From Eledone cirrhosa (Eukaryota): DNA of 64,000 bases. Position 1 is the first letter of the stretch. Each line of letters opens with the position of its first letter. The position numbers were made by a program, and so were the translations under genes. Shown piece by piece: positions 12,481 to 25,744 of this stretch. The DNA lies in NCBI GenBank assembly GCA_964016885.1, contig OZ024742.1, forward strand, positions 93,372,001 through 93,436,000. Direction: 5' to 3'. The notes under the pieces were generated by a model. That model did not search any database and was not told where the DNA came from. It was given only the letters and a program-made list of their open reading frames with translations.

Positions 12481-14235
12481 TCATCATCAACATCATCATT
12501 CAAAGTCCATTTTCCACACTAGCATGGGTTAGATAAGTTGTCCTATTTGCTCACACAGAACAATTTCTGGCTTGGTTTCTATGTCTGGATGCCCTTCCTA
12601 ATGTCAACCACATTTACAGTGTGGGCTGGGTACTTTTTTTCGCGACACCTACATGGCCACTATACAGTGTGGGCTGAGTGCTTTTTGTCGTGACACCTAC
12701 ACAACCACTTTACAGTGTGGTATCGATGCATTTTGTTGTGATACCAGCATGACAATATTACAGTGTATGGGTGGTGTGAACAGAAGGGGGTAGGTTGGTG
12801 TTGGGAGGTGAATGGAATGGGGGGGGGTTATAGAGGTTAAGAGGTGTCTACTAGATGTATGTTTCAGTCCATGTGCACAGGAAGGTGTGTCTTCTCTATT
12901 ACTGCAAAACGCCAAAGATCTTAATCTTGTGTCATTGTTTTTGAGAAGTGCAATTGTGCATGGTCAGTTTATCACCTCATTCCAGGTCTTTCGGGGTCTT
13001 CCTACTTCATAGCTTCCATCCACTTTTATACAGCTTTTATACAGCTGTCATCCTTCATATGCATCACATGACCATACAAACACAAACTCTTCTCTATCAT
13101 ACTGCATCTGATCCCTTTTATGCCAAATTCTTCTCTCAGTTCATTTATGCTTTGCCATTCATGCAGACTCCATTTTTTTCCAATATTCTTAGGTCTTCTG
13201 CACATAGTGCCCAGGTCGCACTACCATACAACATTGCTGTTCGTATACATGAATCATTCAGTCTGCCCTTCATTTAAAAAAACAAAAAAACTTTTGTAGC
13301 TAGCAGTGGTAGTAGCTTCCACCCTGTTCTTACTCTTGTTATTGTACTTTCAGAACACCCTCCTCCATTGCTGATTTGGTCCCCCAGGTAATGGAAACTG
13401 TTGACTATTTCTACCAAGCCATCTGGGAATTTGAGGAAGCTAGTGTCCTGTGTCCACTTGCTACTTACTGCACCTGTGCATCAGCTACATTTAGAACTTA
13501 TGTTCTTTGATAGTCTACATGTAATCCCACTACATCTTTTATGTACCCATAGCTTGCATTTGGGACATAGGATGGAATTTCTACCTACTCTTTTCCTGCA
13601 CACTGAACCAGACCATTTCCCTGAGGGGATCTTGGCCCTATTTTCCTTTCTACATAATAGGATGAGTTAACATTAAGACCTTTTGATTCTAGGCCATGCT
13701 TCCAGGTTTGGAATTTCTTTTCTAATTCTGCCATAGATTCAGCTATGAGGGTTAGATCGTCTGCATATAGAAGCTCCCATGGGCAGCCAGTCTTAAACTC
13801 TTCTGTTATATCCTATATACAGGAGAGGCTAAGGACTGAGCTCTGATGGACACCTACCTGCTTACTAAATTCTTCACTATAGCCACTGTTAATTCTAACA
13901 TTGCTGACTGTTCTTCTATACACGGCTTGTACAGCTTTCACAAGCCACTCATCTACTCCTAGTTTTCTAATAGCTCATCAGATAATGGAAATAGGTAACT
14001 CTGTCAAAGGTTTTCTCCAAGTCAACAAAAGCTAAGTAGAGGGGTTTACTTTTAGCTAGGTACTTCTGCAGTTGCCTTACGAGGAAGAGAGCATCTATGG
14101 TATTTTTACAAGGCACAAAGCTAAACTGCATTTCATCAAGGTTAACTCAGTCCTAATCAGCTGTGCAATAACTCTTTCTGTGACCTTCATGACCTGGTCA
14201 ACAAACTTAATGCCTTTATTGCACTATCACAGATT
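12481..14235 (-). mobile_element. Decayed RTE LINE (RT domain to 3' tail)
   Basis: The minus strand has YLAFVDLEK, GVHQSSVLSP-like and ELLYADDL (about 13755-13776) motifs, a Cys/His finger, the 3'UTR and a (GAT)n tail. It is the same family as 61160-62378. Confidence 0.9.
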
Positions 14236-15447
14236 TTGGTTTCTATTAATTCCTTGGGGAAATGGTTGACCAATGCTTTGCTTAATTGTTTTATATATTT
14301 AAAAAAAAATTCACTCTTTCTCTTAGACTTCAGGTATTTTTTGAAAGCAAAGCATTGGCCCCTAAAATACTACAGTGAGCTCCTGCAATGCTACTGTGGG
14401 CCCCCTGGAGCTCACTTGCCATTGTATGTATAGATCCGCCATTGGTTTTGATGCTAAGCATGCAGTTGTTTGATCAACTGGACTATTCATTAAATTAAAT
14501 TGTAAATGGCTGAGTATTCCATAGTCATATGTCCCTTTAATCCTTCCAGGGTTAATAAATAAAGTATCTCTCTTGGTTAGTGGAATGTTTTTTTTATATT
14601 CCAAGTTTTTTGGTGGTAGACTTAATCTATTACTCAGTCTAACACCACTAATTGATCCTTGGATGTATTTAGCTAAGTCTTCCCTATTGCAAGCATTCAG
14701 GTCAGCCCTGGTTTGATGATATTTTCATTCTCTCTCCCTCTCATTAGTTTTGGTTGTCCTAAAATGGGTTACAGATGAGCCCATCCCTCTAAGAAAGCTA
14801 TATATGTATATATATTTATAATAAAAAAGAAAATATTGATACATTGAGCTTTGGGGATATTGATAGAAATGGCATATTATTTCAGGTTATATATATAACT
14901 TGGAGCAGCCAAGGCTAACAATAACAACAATGCCATCAATAATGACTAACAGTAATAACAACAACAATGGCATCAACAACAGTAACAAGAGCAACAGCAA
15001 CAATGACAAAGACATCTACAACAACAACAACAGCAACAAGTGGCATAGACATCGACAATGAAATAACAAGAACATTAACAACAACTATAACAATAATGGT
15101 ATCAACATCAGCATTGCTTAACTGGAGAATATTAAAACATGTTAATGTGGCACCTGAGTGTAATTAGAATACTCACCTGTCAAAAGGTGCAAGCATAAAA
15201 CTACACTAATTTGTGAAAACCAATTAATTACGTTTCAATTTCTGGTAATACAAAGAAATAATTATAAATTTTCACTTGAGCAATAAAGTAAAATAAAATA
15301 GCAATAACAACAAATAACCACAAGATGTAACAAATAATAACAATAATAATAATAATATTAATAATAATAATAATAATAGTAATAATGTAGTAATAATATA
15401 ATGATAATGATAATAATAATGATTTCATTTATTAGCCACAAATAATG

Positions 15448-15509
<62 letters not shown>

Positions 15510-15609
15510 TATATACACACATACATATATATACATACATACATATATACATACATAAATATTTTATTGTTACATCTTTTGCTACGTCTGTTGTTTTATC
15601 ATTATTATT

Positions 15610-16103
15610 ATTTGAGGTTGACTTTGCCTTTCATCCTTACGGGGTCGATAAAATAAAGTACCAGTAATGCACTGGTTATTTGCTGGTTAATTGCTGGCCT
15701 TGTGCCTAAAGTATAAACAATTATTATTTTTATTCAATAAAACCAGACATCTTATGTGAAAACAATTAAACACATTTCATTTTGTCATATATATATATAT
15801 ACATAATGATAATATAATAAAAATAATTGTTTCTACTTTAGGCACAAGGCCAGCAATTACCTAGTGCATTACTGGTACTTTATTTTATCGACTCCGTAAG
15901 GATGAAAGGCAAAGTCAACCTCAAATCCCGCCGAGGTTGACCTTACGGGGTCGATAAAATAAAGTACCAGTAATGCACTGGGTATTTGCTGGCCTTGTGC
16001 CTAAAGTAGAAACAATTATTTTTATTATATTATCATTATATATATATATATGACAAAATGAAATGTGTTTAATTGTTTTCACATAAGATGTCTGGTTTTA
16101 TTG
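15610..16103. repeat. Inverted rearrangement of a SINE 3' half plus unique flank (palindrome 15735-16103 and an extra inverted SINE copy)
   Basis: caataaaaccagacatcttatgtgaaaac... at 15735 is reverse-complemented ending at 16103. Three SINE halves lie in +/-/+ order. Confidence 0.85.
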
Positions 16104-16562
16104 TTAAAATATACGGACAGCAATGTAGTCGTGGTTGTTGTTATTGCTGACAATATTGTAGTTATTGTTGTCAATGTTATGTATGCTGTTACTGTTAAGG
16201 GTTGTTATGGTCGATGTTGTAACTGTTAAAGGTTTTTGTTCTGGTCAATATTGTTGTTACAGTTAAGAATTATTATTGTGGTCAATGTTGTTTTTCTTGT
16301 CAATGTTGGTATTGTTACTGTTAATAGTTGTTTTTCTTGTCAATATTGTTGTTGTCAATGTTATTGTTGATACAGTTAAGTGATGTTGTCATTGTTATTG
16401 TTGATACTGTGAAGTGTTATTGTTGTCAGTGTTATTGGTTTTGGAATGAAAAGCAGTTGAGAAATGCCAACTATTTTGCTTATTCAATTAGAAGGTTATG
16501 TACACATTTCCACTAGTAATAGTGTTTTTGTGTGAGTATATATGTGTGTATGTATGTATGTG

Positions 16563-16885
16563 TGAAGGCACGTGGGCTTTGTGGTTAAGGTATTCAGCTC
16601 ACAATCATAAGTTCATGAGTTCGATTCCCGGTACCGCGTTGTGTCCTTGAGCAAGACATTTTATTTCATCTTGCTCCAGTCCACTCATCTGGTAAAAATG
16701 AGTTGTGCTTGTAGTTTGCAGAGCCAGCCTTGTCACATTCTGTGACATGCTGAATCTCCCTGAGAATTATGGTAAGGGTATGCATGTCTGTGGAATGCTC
16801 AGTCATTTCTAAGTTAATTTCATGAGCAGGCTGTTCCATTGATCAGATCAACTGGAACACTTGTCGTCGTAACTGACGGAGTGAC
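16563..16885 (+). mobile_element. Near full-length tRNA-derived CORE-type SINE
   Basis: It has an A-box-like GGCTTTGTGGTTAAG, B-box GAGTTCGATTCCC, CORE-like GTGTCCTTGAGCAAGACA, and a tail also seen at about 6470-6590, 14455-14540 and 40555-40870. Confidence 0.8.
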
Positions 16886-17354
16886 TTCCACGTATATATG
16901 TAGTGGCTGGCAACGTCCACATCAGATTCTGCATGTTAGAGGGGCAGAACAGGTTAACACAAGAACCAGACAACCTTATGTTGTGGTTGTGGTTGTTAAA
17001 ACTTGCCAAATATTGTTGTTATTGTCAATATTTCTGTTGCTACTATTGGAATAGTTCATTTTGTCATTGTCAATGTCGTTGTGTTTGTTAGTTTTCTTTT
17101 ATTGGTGCTATTGTTGATGTTTAGCCATAGGCTATTCCTAGTCAGGCAGACCTATGATTAAAAGCACTTCAACAATGACCATCCCATCTCTTTAGAGTAT
17201 CTAGTATAACATTATTTAATGTGTCCTTTTTTTTCGCTAGGCACTGATATGATTTGAGGGGGATGTTTGCTATTCAAGCATATTGTGTAAGCATACAAAG
17301 ACTCTGTGCTCACACCATAAAAGATCTTACTAATATTTTTATATGGAGTTCAAC

Positions 17355-17990
17355 GAGGTTGGTGTTAGGATAGGCTTCATGACGTAGAAACCATGCCATA
17401 AAGGTTCAGAGGACCCTCTAGTCACAACATGACAACCTCCAGTGCTAGTGCAACAAAAATGCACCCAATATACCCTGTAAGGTTGTTGGTGTTAGGAAGG
17501 GCATCTAGTTGTAGAAACCATGCAAAAAAAAAAAAGATTCTTCAGTTGTGCCAAGATCATGGCAATCTGCCACATGTTGGTGATTTACATAATACATACA
17601 CCAAGTAAACTCTGTAAAGTGATTGGTGAAAGGAAGGGTTTCAAGCTATGGAAAACCTGCTAAACAAAGGGTTAGAAAGACTCTTCAGTTGTGCTGGTAT
17701 CACAAAAAAATGCACTCGATAGAGTACAGGAACATATGTAAATGAAATGTGGGCCCTCAATCTGTCTGAGCAATTGGTAGAATGCAGGAATGTATGTAAA
17801 TGAGGTAAGGCGCTGGCCTATCTGAGCACTTGGTAGTATGGAGAATGTATGTTAATAAGTTGCAGGCCCCTGGTCGGTCTAAGAAGTCAGTAGATTCACT
17901 TTAGTACTTACTTGGTCTTTGATGACCCAGCCAACTTGCTGGCAGGGAAAACAGACATTAAATGACGATGAGGGTGATAATGACGATGGC
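17355..17990 (+). mobile_element. Diverged RTE-3'UTR-like modules in tandem
   Basis: There are three copies of gttggtgttaggaagggcatc...gtagaaacc and a terminal aacttgctggcagggaaaacagacattaaatgacgatga. Confidence 0.55.
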
Positions 17991-18514
17991 TGAATTGGTA
18001 GAGTGTCGAACGAAATTGCAGTATTTAGTTAGTTCTGTATTTTCTGAGTTGAAATTCCTCTGAGAGAGAGGAGATTGTGATCTTGAGCAAGACACTTTAT
18101 TTCAGGTTGCTCCAATTTACTCAGCTTTAGAAATGAGTTGCGATGTCACTGTCTTTCCCTGGATACCATTGGTGATGTGGAGAGGGGATACTGGTATGCA
18201 TTGACGACTGCTGGTCATCCTCAACAGACTTGTGCCAAATCCCATTATCATTCGTCACGAAAGGCTCCTCCCCTGTTTAGCGCTAGTTCAATTTTTTGAT
18301 TGAGAAGATCTATAAACAAAGATATCCCAGCCATGACCACCACATCTTTTTTCAACAGGGACTATATTGTCTAATGCATCCTTCTGTATTGTACACAACA
18401 GAGTGTAATTTGAGAAAAAGCTGAGTGATCAAAAAGAGGATGTCTCATTGGCTTGTTGTTTTTGTTGTTGGTTGTACTACATGTGCTGTTGGTATTCTTG
18501 TTGTTTATGCTACA

Positions 18515-18697
18515 TTTTGGCAGTATCGGTAGGGGGTCGGACGCCATGCTTTGACGCATAGAGTTACGGCCCTTGCCATTCTGAGTTCAAATCCCGCCAA
18601 GGCTAACTTGGCCTTTCATCCTTACGGGGTCGATAAAATAAAGTACCAGTAATGCACTGGATAATTGCTGGCTTTGTGCCTAACGTAGAAACAATTG
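18515..18697 (+). mobile_element. Short tRNA-derived SINE (~190-bp family, high copy in the window)
   Basis: It has B-box GAGTTCAAATCCC, central GCCTTTCATCCTTACGGGGTCGATAAAATAAAGTACCAG and a 3' GTAGAAACAATT end. Confidence 0.85.
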
Positions 18698-18699
18698 CT

Positions 18700-19150
18700 G
18701 CTGTTTTTATTATTGTTTGTGTTATATGCGTGGTTGGCGTTGTTGTTGTTATTGTTGTTTGTGCTACATGTGTTGTTGTTTGCTTGTTGTTTGTGCTACA
18801 TGCATTGTTATTGTTGTTGTTGTTCATGCTACATGTGTTGTTAATATTGTTGTTGTTTGTGTTACATGTGTTGTTGGTATTGTTGTTGTTTGTGCTACAT
18901 GTGTTGTTGCTTGTGTTACATGTATTGTTGGCATTGTTGTTTGTGCTACATGTGTTGTTGTTAGTATTGTTTTGTTTGTGATACATGTGTTGTTGTTTGT
19001 GCTACATGTGTTATTTGTGCTGCATGTGTCGTTGTTTGTGCTACACGTGTCGTTAATATTGTTTTGTTTGCGCTACATGTATTAATGTTTGCGCTACATG
19101 TATTAATGTTTGTGCTACATGTGTTGCTGTTTGTGCTACATGTGTTGATA
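18700..19150. repeat. Variable-length minisatellite (core tgttgtttgtgctacatg)
   Basis: The tandem motif is directly visible. Confidence 0.85.
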
Positions 19151-19269
19151 TGTAAGTTGTTTCTGTTATATATATATATATATATATATATATACTTATG
19201 TAACTATCCTTGTAGGTATTGTTACTGCATCAATGCTGCTCTTGGTGACATCACCATTGTTGCTATTGA

Positions 19270-21110
19270 AGTAGTAGTAGTAGTGGTGCTGGTGGTGATG
19301 GTAGTAGAGGTGGGAGTAGTGGTGGTTGTGATGGTGGTAGTAGTAGTGTGGTGGTAGTGGTAGGAGTAGTGGTGCTGGTGGTGATGGTAGTAGAGGTGGC
19401 AGTAGTGGTGGTTGTGATGGTGGTAGTAGTAGTGTGGTGGTAGTGGTAGGAGTAGTGGTGTTAGTGGTGATGGTAGTAGAGGTGGGAGTAGTGGTGGTTG
19501 TGATGGTGGTAGTAATAGTGTGGTGGTAGTGGTAGGAGTAGTGGTGTTGGTGGTGATGGTAGTAGAGGTGGGAGTAGTGGTGGTTCTGATGGTGGTAGTA
19601 GTAGTGTGGTGGTAGTGGTAGGAGTAGTGGTGCTGGTGGTGATGGTAGTAGAGGTGGGAGTAGTGGTGGTTGTGATGGTGGTAGTAGTAGTGTGGTGGTA
19701 GTGGTAGTGGTTGTGGTAGGAGTAGTGGAGTTGGTGGTGATGGTAGTATAGGTGGGAGTAGTGGTGGTTGTGATGGTGGTAGTAGTAGTGTGGTGGTAGT
19801 GGTAGGAGTAGTGGTGTTGGTGGTGATGGTAGTAGAGGTGGGGGTAGTGGTGGTTCTGATGGTGGTAGTAGTAGTGTGGTGGTAGTGGTAGGAGTAGTGG
19901 TGTTGGTGGTGATGGTAGTAGAGGTGGGAGTAGTGGTGGTTCTGATGGTGGTAGTAGTAGTGTGGTGGTAGTGGTAGGAGTAGTGGTGTTGGTGGTGATG
20001 GTAGTAGAGGTGGGAGTAGTGGTGGTTCTGATGGTGGTAGTAGTAGTGTGGTGATAGTGGTAGGAGTAGTGGTGTTGGTGGTGATGGTAGTAGAGGTGGG
20101 AGTAGTGGTGGTTCTGATGGTGGTAGTAGTAGTGTGGTGGTAGTGGTAGGAGTAGTGGTGTTGGTGGTGATGGTAGTAGAGGTGGGAGTAGTGGTGGTTC
20201 TGATGGTGGTAGTAGTAGTGTGGTGGTAGTGGTAGGAGTAGTGGTGTTGGTGGTGATGGTAGTAGAGGTGGGAGTAGTGGTGGTTCTGATGGTGGTAGTA
20301 GTAGTGTGGTGGTAGTGGTAGGAGTAGTGGTGTTGGTGGTGATGGTAGTAGAGGTGGGAGTAGTGGTGGTTCTGATGGTGGTAGTAGTAGTGTGGTGGTA
20401 GTGGTAGGAGTAGTGGTGCTGGTGGTGATGGTATTAGAGGAGGGAGTAGTGGTGGTTGTGATGGTGGTAGTAGTAGTGTGGTGGTAGTGGTAGGAGTGGT
20501 GGTGCTGGTGGTGATGGTAGTAGAGGTGGGAGTAGTGGTGGTTGTGATGGTGGTAGTAGTAGTGTGGTGGTAGTGGTAGGAGTAGTGGTGTTGGTGGTGA
20601 TGGTAGTAGAGGTGGGAGTAGTGGTGGTGGTGATGGTGGCAGTAGTACTGATAGTGGTAGTGGTAGGAGTAGTGGTGCTGGTGGTGATGGTAGTAGAGGT
20701 GGGAGTAGTGGTGGTTGTGATGGTGGTAAGAGTAGTGTGGTGGTAGTGGTAGGAGTAGTGGTGCTGGTGGTGATGGTAGTAGAGGTGGGAGTAGTGGTGG
20801 TGGTGATGGTGGTAGTAGTACTGATAGTGGTAGTGGTAGGAGTAGTGGTGCTGGTGGTGATGGTAGTAGAGGTGGGAGTAGGGGTGGTGGTGATGGTGGT
20901 AGTAGTAGTGTGGTGGTAGTGGTAGGAGTAGTGGTGTTGGTGGTGATGGTGGTAGAGGTGGGAGTAGTGGTGGTTGTGATGGTGGTAGTAGTAGTGTGGT
21001 GGTAGTGGTAGGAGTAGTGGTGTTGGTGGTGATGGTAGTAGAGGTGGGAGTAGTGGTGGCGGTGATAGTAGTAGTAGTAGTAGTAATGGTAGTGTGGTGG
21101 TAGTGGTGGT
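19270..21110. repeat. 86-bp G-rich minisatellite of about 21 units built from TGG/TAG triplets
   Basis: Equivalent unit positions at 19791 and 19877 give a period of 86 (28 triplets plus 2 nt). Confidence 0.9.
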
Positions 21111-21463
21111 AAGGGTGATGATAGAAATAGTAACAGTGGTGGAGGGGTGATGACTGCACTAGTGGTTGTGGTGGTAGTAGAGGTGGTGGCAATGACAGTG
21201 AGGGTGATAGTATTGAGGGAGGTGGTAATAGTAATATTAGTAGTGGTGGTAGTAGTAGTAATGGTTGTTGTGATGGTGGTGGTGTTAGTAATAATAGTAG
21301 TAGTGGTGGTGGTAATAGTAATATTATAGTGGTGGGGGTAGTAGTAATGGTTATGGTGGTGGTGGTAGTAATAATAGTAGTAGTGGTGGTGGTAATAGTA
21401 ATAGTTTTTGATACTACTGTTGTTGCTTCATCAAGTAGTTCCAATAATTGATGTTATTGTTAA

Positions 21464-21469
<6 letters not shown>

Positions 21470-21509
<40 letters not shown>

Positions 21510-21568
21510 GGTGGTGGTGGTGGTAGTAGTAGTAGTTGTAGTAGTAGTAGTAGTATCGGTGGTAGTAA

Positions 21569-21602
<34 letters not shown>

Positions 21603-22580
21603 TGTAGTAGTAGTAGTGGTGGTAGTGGTGGTAGTAGTAGTAGTTATTGTTGTTATTGTTGTTATTGCTATTGTTGATGCTGTTGTTATTGTTGCTGTTG
21701 TTGTTGTTATAGTTGATGTTGTTGTTGTTGTTATTGTTGTTATTGTTGTTGTTATTGTTGTTGTTGTTATTGTTGATGCTGTTATTGTTATTGTTGATGT
21801 TGTTATTGTTATAGTTGATGTTGTTGTTGATGCTGTTATTGTTGTTGTTGTTATTGTTGATGCTGTTGTTGTTATTGTTGATGTTGTTGTTGTTATTGTT
21901 GTTGTTGTTGTTGTTAATGTTGATGTTGTTGTTGTTGTTATTGTTGTTGTCATTGTTGTTGTTGTAGATGTTGGTGTTGCTGTTGATGTTGGTGTTGTTA
22001 CTGTTGTTTTTGTTATTGTTGTTGTTGTTATTGTTGTTGTCATTGTTGTTGTTCTGGATGTTGGTGTTGCTGTTGATGTTGGTGTTGTTACTGTTGTTTT
22101 TATTATTGTTGTTGTTGTTATTGTTGTTGTCATTGTTGTTGTTCTGGATGTTGGTGTTGCTGTTGATGTTGGTGTTGTTACTGTTGTTTTTATTATTGTT
22201 GTTGTTGTTATTGTTGTTGTCATTGTTGTTGTTCTGGATGTTGGTGTTGCTGTTGATGTTGGTGTTGTTACTGTTGTTTTTGTTGTTGTTGTTGTTGTTA
22301 TTGTTGTTGTCATTGTTGTTGTTCTGGATGTTGGTGTTGCTGTTGATGTTGGTGTTGTTACTGTTGTTTTTGTTATTGTTGTTGTTGTTATTGTTGTTGT
22401 CATTGTTGTTGTTGTGGATGTTGGTGTTGCTGTTGATGTTGATGTTGTTACTGTTGTTTTTATTATTGTTGTTGTTGTTATTGTTGTTATTGCTGTTGAT
22501 GTTGTTATTACTGTTGTAGTTGATGTTATTGTTGTTAGCGTTGGTGATGTTTCTGTTGTTGTTATTACTGTTGATGTTAC
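21470..22580. repeat. (TAG/TGG) then (GTT)-based repeats including a 90-bp higher-order unit
   Basis: gttctggatg occurs at 22051, 22141, 22231 and 22321, with variants at 21961 and 22411. Confidence 0.9.
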
Positions 22581-22616
22581 TGGCATATAACATCTACTCT
22601 GAGTATATGCCAGTAA

Positions 22617-22868
22617 ATTGAAGATGGAAAACTGGGAGAGGGCACTTGCCCTGGTGGTCAGGGTCACCATGACTTTTTTTTAATGGGCTTTCTCCACAAT
22701 GGCTCTCGGAAGTCTCCCCTCTATTGGCGAATTTTTCATTGTTCTTTTTTTGTTACATCCTCTGTTTTTTGTTTTTTTACACTCAGAAATGCCCATTTGT
22801 ACCGTCCTGAATTGTCCTGTACTGTCCTTAATGTCTACTTTGTGTAAACCCTTGTGGTTAATAAAGAA
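22617..22868 (+). mobile_element. Probable 3'UTR fragment of a LINE inserted in a GTT array
   Basis: This unique T-rich island ends tgtaaacccttgtggttAATAAAgaaag between two GTT arrays. I did not identify the family. Confidence 0.35.
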
Positions 22869-22869
22869 A

Positions 22870-24085
22870 GCGTTATTGCTGTTGATGTTCTTACTGTTGT
22901 TGTTGTTGTTAATGTTGTAGTTGATGTTATTGTTGTTATTGTTGTTGATGTTGATGTTGTTACTGTTGTTGTTGTTCTTACTGTTGTAGTTGATGTTATT
23001 GTTGTTATTGCTGCTGATGTTGATGTTGTTGCTGTTGTTGTTGTTGTTGTTGTTACTGTTGTAGTTGATGTTATTGTTGTTATTGTTGTTGATGTTGTTG
23101 TTGTTACTGTTGTTGATGTTGTTGTTGTTACTGTTGTTGTTGTTACTGTTGTTGTTGATGTTATTGTTGTTATTACTGTTGTTGTTGTTACTGTTGTAGT
23201 TGATGTTGTTGTTGTTATTGATGTTGTTGTTGTTACTGTTGTTGTTGTTACTGTTGTAGTTGATGTTATTGTTGTTATTGATGTTGATGTTGATGTTGTT
23301 GTTGTTACTGTTGTTGTTGTTGTTACTGTTGTAGTTGATGTTGTTGTTACTGTTGTTGTTGTTACTGTTGTAGTTGATGTTATTGTTGTTATTGCTGTTG
23401 ATGTTGATGTTGTTACTGTTGTTGTTGTTGTTACTGTTGTAGTTGATGTTATTGTTGTTATTGCTGTTGTTGTTGTTACTGTTGTTGTTGTTACTGTTGT
23501 AGTTGATGTTATTGTTGTTATTGATGTTGATGTTGTTGTTGCTACTGTTGTTGTTGTTGTTACTGTTGTAGTTGATGTTGTTGTTGTTACTGTTGTTGTT
23601 GTTACTGTTGTAGTTGATGTTATTGTTGTTATTGATGTTGATGTTGATGTTGTTGTTGTTACTGTTGTGTTGTTGTTACTGTTGTAGTTGATGTTGTTGT
23701 TGTTATTGATGTTGTTGTTGTTACTGTTGTTGTTGTTACTGTTGTAGTTGATGTTATTGTTGTTATTGATGTTGATGTTGATGTTGTTGTTGTTACTGTT
23801 GTTGTTGTTGTTACTGTTGTAGTTGATGTTGTTGTTGTTACTGTTGTTGTTGTTACTGTTGTAGTTGATGTTATTGTTGTTATTGCTGTTGATGTTGATG
23901 TTGTTACTGTTGTTGTTGTTGTTGTTACTGTTGTAGTTGATGTTATTGTTGTTATTGCTGTTGATGTTGATGTTATTACTGTTGTTGTTGTTGTTGCTGT
24001 TGTTGTTGTTGTTGTTGTTACTGTTGTAGTTGATGTTATTGTTGTTATTGCTGTTGATGTTGATGTTGTTACTATTGCTGTCATT
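22870..24085. repeat. Composite (GTT)-based minisatellite
   Basis: gttactgttgtagttgatgttattgttgttattg modules recur throughout. Confidence 0.9.
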
Positions 24086-24812
24086 GCAGTTTTCTTTTCA
24101 TTAGGTTTATTGTTCTTAAAATTACTGTTACTTTATTGTCTTTATCAATCTATCAGTTATTGTTGTTGTTGTTGTTGTCATTTTATGTTGTTGTTTTGTT
24201 GTTGTTGCTGCTGTTGTCGTTTTATCAACTGTAATCGTTATCTAATAGTTTCCGATAGTGAATGAAATTAATTAGCAACACCAACAACCTCAACAACAAC
24301 AACAATGCTACTAACAATATCAACAACAACGACAACAACAACAACAGCAACATCAACAACATTGACAAAACAACATAACTAAATAAATACATAAATATCA
24401 CCAATAATAATAATAAATACAAAATAAGGCTATAAATAAAAATACTTTTTTCTGCCTCAAAATAATGTTGATGGTTGTTTAGCCCACCCACCCTTCCCTA
24501 CCACCACAAGCCATTCATGATTCTCCCAGCCCCACCTCTTCATCTGCCCCTCCTTCTCCTCCTTCCAAACCGACAACACCTCAATAACTTAGCTTGTTAA
24601 TTAAACACTAATGTCAGAAGCAGTAACTTGCCTTCATCAATTTCTAAGTGGCGCCTTAAAAGCTGTAAAGATTAGAATGATTTAGACCCCTCTCCCACTT
24701 CACTACTACCGCCACCCACACCACCACCATGACTATCACTATTACCACCACCACCACCACCACCATTTCATGCATGTGTGTGTGTGAGTATTTTTGAAAG
24801 ATGGTGATGATG

Positions 24813-24814
<2 letters not shown>

Positions 24815-24845
<31 letters not shown>

Positions 24846-24923
24846 TGTATGTATGTATGTATGTATGTATGTATGTATGTATGTATGTATATATATAAAT
24901 ATCTATATCTATATATCTATATA

Positions 24924-24997
<74 letters not shown>

Positions 24998-25540
24998 TAT
25001 GCATGTATGCATACACATATATATATAACTATATATGTATGTGTGTGGAAGCATCCATGTATGAGTGTATATTTGTGTAAAAAGAAATACAAAACTGGTA
25101 AAGGTTCTGTCTATATATAGAAAGTTACTCAAGGTGTGTAAATTGTGAGTGTGTTTGCGTGTGTATATTATACGTGTATATATGTGCTGTATGGTATATA
25201 TGTATGTTGTATTTTATGTTATGTGTGTGTTTGTGTGTGTATGTTATATGTATATATATATATATGTGTGTTGTATGGTATATGTATGTGTGTTGTATGT
25301 TATATGTATATATATATGTGTGTTGTATGGTATATGTGTATGTGTTATATGTTATATGTGTGTTATATTTTATGTTATGTGAATGTTTGTGTGTATATTA
25401 TATGTATATATATATGTGTTGTATGTTTTATGTGATTATGTGTGTGTTGAATGTTATACAAGTGTATATTGTATCTTGTGTGTGTGTGTGTGTAAGAGAG
25501 AGAGAGTGTGTGTGTGTGAGAGTGTGTGTGTGGGTATGAT
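24815..25540. repeat. (TATG)n, (TC)n, (TA)n and degenerate (TG) microsatellites
   Basis: The tracts are directly visible. Confidence 0.9.
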
Positions 25541-25744
25541 TAATTTATTTTGATCAGAGGAAAATTATGAAACTAAATGAAGAGATTGATCTGATAAAAG
25601 TTAATTAGAGTTGGATTGGTTAAAAGGAAAAAAAAACAAAAAGCAAGGTGTTATTGATATGACCATGATGGAAACTGTAAAACATAGAAAATATTACATT
25701 GAACAAAAAACACAGCAACATGAACAACAACAACAGCAGCAGCT

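Noticed and set aside
20434-24084. Mucin- or extensin-like Thr/Pro/His ORFs and poly-Val ORFs
   Set aside because: They are translations of TGG/TAG/GTT repeats. The 86-bp unit shifts frame with every copy.
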